Position numbers and translations under genes: made by a program. A stretch of DNA of 62,356 bases, the filler included, from Nemertoderma westbladi (Eukaryota; Animalia; Xenacoelomorpha): NCBI GenBank assembly GCA_032718475.1. It is 4 parts of 4 records of this genome, joined end to end, with 100 filler letters (N's around TTAATTAATTAA, not from the genome) between each part and the next. Parts side by side here need not be neighbours in the genome. Positions count along the whole stretch, not along the records: positions 22,283 to 44,042 come from JAUCBJ010004028.1; positions 44,143 to 57,745 come from JAUCBJ010005589.1; 2 more parts are not named here. One strand, given 5' to 3'. The notes under the pieces were generated by a model, which did no database searches, was not told the DNA's origin, and saw only the letters and a program-made list of their open reading frames with translations. Positions 37,689-48,925 of this stretch are shown here, piece by piece (positions within the stretch are counted from its first letter, which is position 1; each line of letters starts with the position of its first letter).

Positions 37689-37890
37689 GTGTGTGAGTGT
37701 ATACCTCTGTGTGCGAGTGTATACCTCTGTGTGTGAGTGTATAGGCCCATAAGGGTCACCCTTTACGTGCGTGCACACAAATGACATTTGATTATTGGAG
37801 GGTAATTTAAATATCTTGTTTTTACCTACTACTGAATTAACTGTACCGGTACCTACTGCAGTACTGACTTATTGGATATTACTGTATTAC
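37689..37890 (+). repeat. Inner part of left TIR
   Basis: Reverse complement of ~42850-43110 (ggcccataagggtcaccctttacgtgcgtgca...ttggagggtaatttaaat...gtaccggtacctactgcagtactga). Confidence 0.9.
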
Positions 37891-38099
37891 ACTATTCTGG
37901 TATTACAGTATTTAGTATTACAGTATTAGGCCCTAGCTGATTTGTCACTCTTGTCTAATAACGACAGTGTACCGGTAGTTCCTGAAACTACCGATGGTTT
38001 CCTGCAGTTATTTACAAACTTTATTTACTGATAATACTGTCGTGTATTCGACGAACGACGGACCTTCGACTTACTTTACTGCGACAACATTAACAACAC

Positions 38100-39215
38100 A
38101 TGACCATGCAACGTTGGGCCTTACAGCTCATCCTTATATGTTTTCATCTTAGCCTAACAAACTCCGAGACTTTGGGTATTTTAAAATCGCATGGGATAAC
38201 AATAAGTGAAAAAACATTAAAGAGGTGCAAGGCGGGTCTCGGATTAAAGAGGAGGGGGTCGTTTTTTGGATTTTCGCAGAATTTAATTGATGAACTAATT
38301 AATTTAATACGTAGAGTAGGCTCATCTTGGGGATATCGCCATTTGTGGCTCCATCTCAAATTACGGGGTTATTATATTCCTAGGAATACAGTTGAACGTT
38401 TACTACGAAGAATAAACCCAGAATCATCGGAGTTACGCCGTCGCCATAAACTGCAACGTCGCCGTTATCGGACAGCAGGGCCCAATGCTGTGTGGCACAG
38501 TGACGGGTATGATAAACTGAAGCCCTTTGGCTTCCCTATACACGCATGTATAGATGGGTGGTCCCGTTACATCATCTGGTTAAAACTCGCCAAGTCTAAT
38601 AGTGATCCAAATGTTATTTCTAACTTTTATCTAAGTGCTGTTACTGAATATGGCTGCCCAATTAGGCTCGAAACTGACCGAGGCACAGAGAATGGAACGA
38701 TGGCAGTGGCTCAGTCATTCTTTAGAGGTAATGTTACGGCTCATCGCTATGTTAAATCCACACATAATCAAAGAGTGGAGGCATGGTGGGCCCATTTGCG
38801 TAAACGGTGGAGTAACTGGTGGATTATATATTTTAAAGACTTAATAGCAACTGGGAAATATAGCCCAATCAATTCTATACAGAGGGATGTTATTTGGTTT
38901 GTTTTCGCTCCATTGATTACAAAACAACTCAATGACATCACACTAAACTGGAATACTCATTATATTCGAAAATCCCGTTACGACACTATCAGTGGTAAGC
39001 CGTTTGTAAATTTTACTAATCCGGTACCGCGTGGCGGCATACCTGACTTGTCGAATTTAGTTACCAATCAACAGATGAATGAAGTTGTGAATAATATTCA
39101 TATTCCCGAAAATCAGCCTAATAGTCATGATGAGTACTGCAATTGGGACCCAATACCCCTGGACTCTGAAGAAGCTCTTTGGCGATACCAATATTTAGTA
39201 CAACAATTTGATTAG
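38100..39215 (+). CDS. DDE transposase, integrase-like (IS3/IS481-related, IS3EU type), 371 aa
   Basis: N-terminal HTH-like ISEKTLKR..GLKRR; GPNAVWHSDGYDKLKPFGFPIHACIDGWSR (D), TDRGTENG (D), STHNQRVEAWW (E), WNTHYIR. Uninterrupted ORF. Confidence 0.92.
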   Translation: MTMQRWALQLILICFHLSLTNSETLGILKSHGITISEKTLKRCKAGLGLKRRGSFFGFSQNLIDELINLIRRVGSSWGYRHLWLHLKLRGYYIPRNTVERLLRRINPESSELRRRHKLQRRRYRTAGPNAVWHSDGYDKLKPFGFPIHACIDGWSRYIIWLKLAKSNSDPNVISNFYLSAVTEYGCPIRLETDRGTENGTMAVAQSFFRGNVTAHRYVKSTHNQRVEAWWAHLRKRWSNWWIIYFKDLIATGKYSPINSIQRDVIWFVFAPLITKQLNDITLNWNTHYIRKSRYDTISGKPFVNFTNPVPRGGIPDLSNLVTNQQMNEVVNNIHIPENQPNSHDEYCNWDPIPLDSEEALWRYQYLVQQFD

Positions 39216-39263
39216 CTATGTGATTGACTTAATTATATATATCAAATGTTTACTAATCTTACA

Positions 39264-39301
39264 AGTTATAAACCCTCGGCTTCGCCTCGGGATTTATAAC
39301 T
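39264..39301. other. Stem-loop between the convergent transposase and HECT genes
   Basis: agttataaa-ccctcggcttcgcctcggga-tttataact. Confidence 0.5.
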
Positions 39302-39365
39302 CGTTCCTCGGGTTAACTGTCTTCAATTATATATATATAATATATATCTGTAAATATATCTAAAA

Positions 39366-39500
39366 GGCGGGGTAGCTCAGTTGGTTGAGCACCGGGCCTG
39401 CAATCTAATGGTTGTAGGTTCAGCCCCGCCAGGGTCCACTCAGCCTTTCATCCACTGGGGTCGATGAAATGAGTACCAGTTAAATAACTGGGAGCAAATC
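39366..39500 (+). mobile_element. tRNA-derived SINE
   Basis: A-box (gtagctcagttgg) and degenerate B-box (ggttcagccc), followed directly by a non-tRNA body ccactcagcctttcatcc...gtcgatgaaatgagtacc typical of conserved animal SINE central domains. Confidence 0.75.
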
Positions 39501-39611
39501 TTGGGATAGGAGTAGCGGGTGGGATAGGGGGTGGGGGTGGAATAGCATGAAAACCAACTATTATTTTTCCTAGTATATAGTCTAATTTATATCCTGATAT
39601 TTACGTTTTGA

Positions 39612-42525
39612 TTACGCAGTATCGAATGTTGTTAGAGTTTTGATACAGTTCATCATACGCTCCTTAAAGATATCAAAATCGTCCAGTATAGGTATGTGAA
39701 GTTCCAGAGCGCACGTGTTTGCCTTCGGCATGCCGGTCTGATAAACGTTAACAACATCCTCGGGATGAATAAATTTAATAGTTGGTTGGATTTCGAAACC
39801 CAATGGTGGAACTCTATCACATCCTGTAGCAAACTGTAAGAGATCTTCCAAACGAATGCCGTTATCATCATTGCTTGTAGGAATATCATGTCCCACTGAA
39901 AAAAAATATAAATAAGAAATATATATTTCGCTACAGAACGCCTACTTACAATAAATCCTTGATACATTATAAATAAATATAACTATAATTAAATTGCTTA
40001 ATACTACATATACCAGCCAAATCCTGTAAGAAATCTTTCCAGTAGTTGATAGTTCTCCTCTCACGTCTATGTCGATTACTACCTTCAGATGACCACTGAA
40101 CCTCGAATAAGGTATCCACTATTGCTGCAGTTAGTGAAACTTCTTGGTAGATAAATACCTCATTAGCAACGGAATTATTTTCCCTCAGGGCACTAAGCAA
40201 TCCTAATGTATCCAGACCGGCTTTGAACCTAAAATGTTAGAAATGATATAATAATATAAAGTTAGTAGTAACAATATAAAGTAGTTACAATATAAAGTTA
40301 GTGATATGATCCTCGTGGCGTTATTTACACTCACTCTCTACGATCGTTCATTTAACAAACAAACAAACAAACAAACCATTCTTATCAGAACACGTGATGA
40401 GCTACTTAACTTATACACAAGTAGGTATGTAAATAGTTATTAGTGTTGTGCCGGTACCAAAATTTTCAACCGGTACCAGTACTGCATAATGCAAAACGTA
40501 CCGGTAAAAGTACCCATTGCTAGGACGAAATTTGCCGGTACCGGTACCTGAAATATAGGTAAATGTACCAGTAACTGCATAATGCAAAACGTACCGGTAA
40601 AAGCACCCGTTGCTAGGACGAAATTTGCCGGTACCAGTACCTGAAATACAGGTAAATGTACCGGTAACTGTACCGGTGCCAGCACAACACTAAAGTTATG
40701 TTATATTAATTTTGACCATACTGTTCTAACGGCAATGCAATGCGATCCAGAACAAGAAATTTAAGTAGACTTTGAACAAGATTGTCTCTATTGCAATCAG
40801 TGAAACGTGTAGCGAGATTAAAACATCCTGCCATATCAATTATTTCTTGAGCAGAGATAACAGCAGAACGAAATTCGTCATCAGAATTAGCATGCGAAAT
40901 CTAAATAAGTCAACAAATGAGAAGCATGATAGTGAGGTCAGGGGGGGACGCATATACCATATATATGACATATATACTTATATACCGGTTATATATATAT
41001 TATATTTGAATATAAACTATATAAACTTACACATTGAACCATATTGCGCCATTCATAATAAACAATATCTTCTATATTAATCGAGATATCAGAAACTTTA
41101 TCCGAAAGAATTAATTGCAGCAAGTATTTAGAAAAGAAAACAGGCAATGGTCCCCTATGAACGACCATATAAGAAATCAACGTACCCACAGCCAGGTAAT
41201 GTTTCTTATTCAATCCTAAAATATAATAAATGATACCTCAGTTTGTAATTAGAATTGGTACGTCCTCCTACTTTTTGGAGCTAATATACCTATAGCAATA
41301 CCTATCTATATAATATGTTATATTATACTATATGTATATACATAATATACTGGTTCTGGTCTGGTATAAGGAATGTTTACTTACTGCAGTAATCCAATGC
41401 AAGATATTTATTATTTTCGTCTCCAATAAATATAGGAAGTTTCTGTATTTCTACCATGGCTAGACGCATAAACTCTCGGGATACTCCACCCTCATTGATT
41501 CCATCCTCTCCACAGAATACGACATGCAAATAATGATTTGGATTAAAGGTACTTCTACCAATTGCGTGAAATGCTCCGTCGAGCACTTCAGTCCTTTCAA
41601 CATTTATTAAGTTTTTATTGTCATTATCAATTCCCTCACCAAGTCGTGTTAATAGCTTAACGAGTGGCTCCGGTGACGAATCCGGTATTTCCGCTGCTTC
41701 ATTCGTGTTACCGGTAGCATCCTCCTCTTGATTCTCCTCAGTCGGTTCGGGTTCATCCTCTATCACGAACAACTCAATCGGTTTCACAGTATGGTTGTTA
41801 CAGTCTAGGGATCTAGTTAGTTTAGCCGTCGGGGACTCATCACTGCTAGAAGCTAGTATCGAATACTCATAATCTGCTCTAACACAAATTAGAAATGTAA
41901 GCCAACTGTAAGGCTTACACATTTCTGCCTTGTATTTGCTCAAAATAAAGTTATCGCCACTTATGGGGAGTTTTAACGCTGGTGTAAAGTCGGTGTATAG
42001 CAGTATCATATCACTATTTGGAATCGAACGTTTGAAAACATTGCTATTTAAAGCACGGAATTTCGCAATTGCTTCGACATGTAACCCTTCGTAGTCAATA
42101 TCTACGTCAACGGTAAGTTTTACATCTTTCCGGTAAACAATTTTTAAATCGCTTGTACCCTTACTTAAATTACATGCTCCAATATTAATCGTAGTTTTCG
42201 TATCGGTAGTTTTTGGACGCTTCGAAGTGAAACTCGATCCTAGGCCTATACTACTCGAACTTGGCTCAAGATGACCCCGTTTCTTTACTGACATATACTC
42301 TGAAAATTTTAGAATTTCAGTACCGGTATCGGTAAGCTGTTCTTTTGGTGGAAATCTATTTTCAGATATAATTTCATCTCGTACCAGGTTTCCCACGGAC
42401 TCCGGATTGTCAATGTTCGAAGATGAAGTGCCAGTAGTGGTTCTGGTACCTGTTGGATTCGCACAATGATGGCAATAGCGTGAGTTTGGGTAAAGTCTAT
42501 TACCACACTTGACACAGTACGGCAT
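39612..42525 (-). CDS. Five-exon zinc-ribbon + HECT E3 ubiquitin ligase, about 667 aa
   Basis: Exons 42525-41385, 41215-41031, 40900-40722, 40228-40014 and 39895-39612. All introns are GT-AG with compatible phases; total 2004 nt. Motifs CVKCG...CHHCA, EDGINEGGVSREF, QFATGCDRVPPLGF and PKANTC (catalytic Cys). Confidence 0.9.
40441..40692. mobile_element. MITE (hAT-like ends) in intron 3 of the HECT gene
   Basis: TIRs tagtgttgtgccgg / ccagcacaacacta and an internal ~94-bp tandem duplication. TSD imperfect. Confidence 0.65.
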
Positions 42526-42849
42526 TATCCCACTTTATTTAAATCACTAAATCCTAACTGCCTAATGTCTGAATGTTACTACTGTTACTGTAGGCCTACC
42601 GGTACTAGGCCTAATGGCAACAACTGGCTACTGCATTACTTGTAGCTTTAATATGCCTAATGCAGAAAATTACAGGCACAGTTCTGCAGTTAACTAGCCT
42701 ACAGTTCATGCAATTTTAAATGTGGAATGTGGTTCATGTCTGCGTCTATAGACTGATGCTGTAATGTATAGACTAATATGTGTCTGTAGACTAATACTGC
42801 AGTACCTGAGTCCTGTATGGAATCCAGTCTGGACCTGAGTACAGGAGTA

Positions 42850-43418
42850 CTGTAATGCAGTAAAAAAACTAAAAACTGATATCCAATAGGTCAGTCTGTC
42901 AGTAGGTATCAGTACTGCAGTAGGTACCGGTACAGTTAATTCAGTACAGCAATAAGAAGGCCCTGGTAGTAGGTAAAAACAAGATAGGCCTATTTAAATT
43001 ACCCTCCAATAATCAAATTTCATTTGTTTGCACGCACGTAAAGGGTGACCCTTATGGGCCTATACACTCACACACAGAGCTATACACTCACATACAGAGC
43101 TATACACTCACACACAGAGGTAAACACTCACACACAGAGCTATACACTCACACACAGAGGTAAACACTCACACAGACAGCTTTAGCCATTTTTTAGGAAA
43201 GAACACGCACACGCAAAAGGGTGTCCCTTTTGGGCCTATACACTCACACACAGAGGTATACACTCACACACAGAGCTATACACTCACATACAGAGGTAAA
43301 CACTCACACACAGAGCTATACACTCACACACAGAGGTAAACACTCACATAGACAGCTTTAGCAATTTTTTAGGAATGCACACGCACACGCAAAAGCGTGA
43401 CCCTTATGGGCTTCCGTA
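42850..43418 (-). repeat. Right TIR with 20-bp subterminal repeats and an internally duplicated ~175-bp block
   Basis: (tatacactcacacacagagc) units in two blocks, each bounded by gggtgwccctt.tgggc. Confidence 0.92.
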
Positions 43419-44142
43419 GACATCAGCATTGAAGGCTTCAAGTCTCCCTCACACTCGGGCGTCATGTCTCCCCACATGGGCTTTTGGTATATTAATTGAT
43501 ATAATTTCTAAACGGCTGAACCAAAACTGGAGAACAATATATGGCAGGATAGTGCCATAATTAGTCAACATATGTTGTGAATTACAATTAACATACAGTA
43601 AAATAAGGATGCGAATTTTCATTCGTTGTAAAGGCCAAAAATTTACTTTTGAACCCAGAAAACGTATTGACAATAAAACAGAAAAATATCCAAAAGGTAA
43701 TAAAACATTGTTGCGCGGGTGTAGCCTACATGTATTTTACATATTATTGTGTGGTATTGTTAAATAATTTACAATAGTTGTTGAGTTATTAAAAAAAATC
43801 AAGTCTCCCCTAAAGTCAAGTTTCCCTCACTCACCCTACTGTAGTACAGCAGTACAGTGCAGCAGTCACCGGTACAAGCACTGCAGCTTATTTATACGGC
43901 GAACGCAGAGTAAATGGGATAACGGCAAGGCACAAGGAGGAGCGAATACGGTGAATGGGGGAGCACCTAGAGCCAGGAAGCCGTGAGCCGGAACCCCCCT
44001 GAGAATGTCCCATTACTGCATTAAGCCTACTACGACAGTACTNNNNNNNNNNNNNNNNNNNNNNNNNNNNNNNNNNNNNNNNNNNNTTAATTAATTAANN
44101 NNNNNNNNNNNNNNNNNNNNNNNNNNNNNNNNNNNNNNNNNN

Positions 44143-44199
44143 TCTAGAAGACATTCTAATTTGGCGGGTTAAACTGCCAAAGGTCTGAAAGCGCGAACA
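44143..44199 (+). mobile_element. 3' end of another BEL/Pao LTR at a gap edge
   Basis: Identical to 1-43 over the shared part and ends in ACA. Confidence 0.85.
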
Positions 44200-44475
44200 G
44201 ACCTCCATCCCATTCAGATCTTCGTCCCAGTCAGACCTTCGTCCAATTTGGACCTTCGTCCAATTTGGATCTTCGTCCTATTCGGACCTTTGTCGCATTC
44301 GGGCCACCGTCCCATTCGTACCTCCGTCCCATTCGGAATTTCGTCATATTCAGACCTTTGTCCTGTTGTTTCGGACCTTCATCTTAGGTGTGTTGGACCT
44401 TGGTCCTGGAACCCTACTAGAGGGTTCCAGGACGAAGCTTCGAAGGTCCGAAAATTGAAGACGAAGGTCCGTAAC
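44200..44475. repeat. ~19-bp degenerate tandem repeat with inverted copies (MITE-like subterminal array)
   Basis: ggaccttcgtcccattc units, then gacgaaggtcc units. Confidence 0.7.
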
Positions 44476-47400
44476 ACCAGGATGAAAGTCTGACAGTTCG
44501 AACAAATCGAGTCGAAGTGGTTCGGTGGTTCGAATCGTGACAATATCGAACTGCTAATATAAGATGATAATATGCCGAAGTAAATTAATTTCAAAATAGT
44601 ATTTTTTAAATGTTGAGGAGGTCGCCGAAGAACACTGGATTGACCTGCATGAACCCTAGAAACAGATCCTTCTCTGTAAGGAGGTGGATATCGCAAGTGC
44701 ATTGCTGTGTGTGTGGACTGGGAAGATGCTATGGCCGATGGTCCATTATGTCTGTTCCAAAACTGGCCCCAAAGAGGGATAACATCCTTTCTCATCCAGA
44801 ATTACATTCGATCACTTTAATAATACGAAACATACAACTGAACATTTTAATGCTAAATTAGAATGCTAAATAATAAATAATAAGAAATTGAACGGAAATT
44901 CCAGAATTCGAATCTGATACTATTATACTGAACAATTTTTTTCTACCTATTGTGAGATTCACAATAGATATAAATAGGAGCGACAAGAATAAATCCCATC
45001 GCTTCGATGAGAAAACGAGACTAATGTGACAATGTGACTGAACTCCCCTCCCACAACCACATACAAGCACCAACAATGTGGACAGCACTATGAAATTCCC
45101 CTACGACACATACACATATAATCTTAGCTCATTGTTCACTGTGTTCATTCATGCTCACTTAACAAACACGTGTTGTAGAATTACAGTAGTAATGAACGTC
45201 ATATTATCAAACACTGCAGCACCCTGCTGGGCACGAATTGTGAGATGTTCCAGCCACTGCTATCATAGAACATTTCACCGTGCACTGTGTACTATGCTCC
45301 TTCCTATTCAATGGTATCTGGAAGGTGAAAGGAAACGTGGTTGTCAGCCATTAACAATCACGTTTGAGAGCGAATAGATAAACCAAAATAGTAGCAAAAG
45401 ATGAGCAATCACCCGGAATACAATATTTCCTGTAAAGTGGAATTAATTATATGGCATTATCGTGTAATTGGTATGGAAGGAGTCCTTTAGATATACAACA
45501 AGAAGAAAATATATGGATTGTTGTACTCAACAACTCTGTGTTAGTAGTATTTCCAATAGGCCCAATGGGAAGTGCAATTATGATTAGATTAGGTTATTGG
45601 TAGAGTAGTGGACGAATGGCAGAAACAGGCCCCTTACAACTAACTACACATATAATGAAGATGAGCTGATGAGCAAGGTGTTAATAACAGATTAGTCAAA
45701 TATTGTCTATATTGATTATATTTACCGGTGGTTTATTGGTGTAGTTTCATTCTTGTGTATTAAATAGCTACATCAAATATCACCAAACCCCTATTTGGTG
45801 TATTTGATTTATTGGTATAATATTTACACAATCCACGACGTAATTGAGATACTTTGCTATATTGAATCAAATATACAACGTAACCACAATACCATTATTT
45901 CATTGACAGCTCCTCTGGTATCCATACCAAACCCTCGACTAGATCAACCAACAGCTGGACCCCTGGTCGATACCAGAGTGAGATTGACTAAGAAGGGGAG
46001 GTATATATTACCAGCTAAGGACATGCACAAGAATCGTTGAGGGTTTTCAAAACTACATAAGCCCAACAGAATCTACTCACACGTCTGCTGAACAAAACTA
46101 GTCTTGATAACGCAGATAAGTTGGTGATAAATACATGGGTGATCGCGAACTATCGCGGAAATCTGTTGCATTTTAGAGGTATCATCAATGCATCCTAGTG
46201 CTCTGGCTGATCTTTTGTGATAAATATATTATATGAATGTATGTACGTTTATTGGCTGCGCGGTTATATGGTTATACGTTTGAACTGTGTTTCTTGCCCG
46301 TTCAGGTTGATACAGTTTGTACAGTGTGAATGAGTGAGTACATGCTATCTTTAAATGGTGGGAATCCACCTTAAGGAGGGTGGAGTTGACTTTTGTCTAG
46401 GAGGTGCAACAATAACTTGTAGATTGGAACTGTATTAAATTGTAGATTATAAACTAACATTGCATGTTGTTGTTGTAATAATATTGCATAATATTATATT
46501 ATCTTCTGTGCTTTCAAAAATACAATTTGCATTCAATGCCAAGTGGCTCCTCGTTGCTATGAATAATATACTATAAACCATTTTTGTATATATGTCCAGA
46601 GTAATAAATGAAACGATTTATGGCCCTGTTTCAAAATTCGTCTCTGAACGTATAGAAAATTTGCAACTTTTAGGCAATTGTATCTTAAACAGATCTAACT
46701 TAAATCAAACAATGATCATGCTTGCACAAACCTGAATTAGCAAATTATTCAAACGTATCACATTTTATCATAGCATAGGCCTAGGGATTTTTATATTATA
46801 GTAGCTCTTTGAATATAAGACACATACGGCTCGAAAACAAATCGCAATTTATGGAAGTATAGACCTTAAAAATCCTGCGCGAGTTTTTCATATATATCTA
46901 TATTTACCCTAAGCTAATTCTAGCTCTAGGAATACCATAATATATAAATACCAATATTATATGGTTTCTTCTATTAATTTTACTACTATTATATTTGCGT
47001 TGACATTTAAACTTCAAAATTGAATTTTTAAGTTCACATTTTTTTCAGCGCTAAGAGACAGAATTTCTGAAAAAGACTCTCATAGCCATCATGGAACGGT
47101 TTTTATTAACCCATCATTATGTAGCCATTCCCTCCAGATCAGATAAGGACAAATGTTGGCATTGATTTTTTATTCCATCACATTATTGGTATCCTATTAC
47201 TTATTACTTACTGGAATAACTCATTTGATTTGAAAAACAGGAATTACCAATTCAAATTACCATAAGGAGTGAATCAAATGAAGATATTCGGGTACAAGCT
47301 ATGCATTATTTACGTACCGTAAAACGAATACCAATGAATCCTCAACTGATAGTGCCCAAGAATCCATTGCCAAAGAGGGAGCATCCATTGCCTGTAATTA

Positions 47401-48544
47401 AATCGAAAACCGTTTCCCTCTGGAGAATATGTAGCACAGATTGAGTTTGCTTGCATTTACTCCAATGTAATGGAAACTCAACCGGATTCGGATACGATAA
47501 CACATACTTGGGGTGTGAAGGAGGAGGATCAACAAACAAACTGTCCCTCTGGACTTCTACTGAAAAAGACCAGTGGACAATAATTTATTTTAATTTATCT
47601 TGATGAAAACTGGAGATTCCCAACCACCAAAGCAATATACTCAGTAAAGCAAGGGGCTGTTTTCCTCTGGGGAAAGCTGAAGATGGTTTGGTTATCTGCT
47701 GGTTTGGTTATCATAAAATGGACCATAACTACAGCCTCAAAGGAAGTCATACAGAACTGTCTGACAGTGTTAGTAAATTTATATACAGGAATTTATATAT
47801 TTATAGATAAACTTGCAATATTTATTTTATTGCGCCTGAATACAAATCTTCAAAACAAAAAAAATGAAAATATAAAAAACAGGTAAAACATAAGTACAGT
47901 AATAATTATTATATCAAATAAAAATTTAATTAAATAATTAATATAAATCTAAAAAAATATTAAATAATGAAATAATCACTATATATTTAAAAAAATATTA
48001 ATAAAAAATAAAAATATATATATATATATTATATTATAATATTTTTTATTAAAAATTATTTATTAGAATTATTTATTAATGAAGGATGTCGTTTACACCC
48101 CTTGTTGGTACCACCGACTCAATGCAGGGTAAGTTTTAATTTAATCTTAAGATTAAGAACTATAATCTTTTATTTTGAATTTTTGTTAATAAAATACAAT
48201 TAATTAATTATGTATGTTATTATTTCATAATGTGTCATTTTCTGTTTAAATTGAATATGCTTTATTAATTTGTTTGTTAATATAAATAATTTGGGAATAA
48301 TTATTTATTTTGCTTTATATTTTGCATTAATTAATTTACTTTTTATAGTGATATACTTAAAATGCAGTTATAGTTTGGGTGGAATTGGTATCCTGGTTTA
48401 GGATGAAGTTCCGAACTGTATCGCGATCAATGAAATAACATTTACTTTAGATTTGTAACTAAAAAAATAATTATTAACAAAAATATTTTTCTTTATATTG
48501 GTGTAGTAGTAGTGAATTGATGGAACTGAATGATGGAATTGATT

Positions 48545-48925
48545 CATTGCGAATTGATGGTTGCTACACAAGACTACTAAGGGTAGTCCTAAATATCAGC
48601 TGTAGACAACACCTGACAAACACCGAGCTTTATGGTAAACTGTATCAACCTGTATCAACCACCTTCCGTGGACGCAGATTAATATTCAATGGGCACTGCT
48701 GGGAAAGTAAACATGAGATCATACCGTACGAGTTACCAGATCTACTTTTCTGACTAGGCAACCAACACAAGTAAAGCGTAGCTAGGGACGAATGGTAATA
48801 ACGTAGACCAACTTGAAAATAATACTGGACTTGAGAGAAACGAAATTGCGACAACTATGGAGAATCGGGAAGCCTGGAAGGATCTCATTTCCAGTGTCCG
48901 AGCACGCTCGACCTAGTAGTAGTAG
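48545..48925 (+). mobile_element. RTE-clade LINE 3' fragment
   Basis: IDGCYTRLLRVVLNIS..QHLTNTELYG...RRLIFNGHC and a (TAG)n tail. Related fragments at ~52910-53120 (+) and ~61110-61240 (-). Confidence 0.8.

Larger units (their letters stand above)
30584..43418. mobile_element. IS3EU-type DNA transposon carrying a DDE transposase and a HECT ligase; 12,835 bp including a nested insertion
   Basis: Termini TACGGAAGCCCATAAGGGTCAC / GTGACCCTTATGGGCTTCCGTA, exact 6-bp TSD GACATC (30578-30583, 43419-43424), long TIRs with 20-bp subterminal repeats. Confidence 0.92.

Noticed and set aside
39366-39430. tRNA gene (Cys/Ala-like)
   Set aside because: Degenerate T arm and acceptor stem, running straight into a SINE body.
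43061-43350. 20-bp repeats as a CRISPR array or iterons
   Set aside because: Head-to-tail units without spacers that mirror the left TIR, so they are subterminal transposon repeats.
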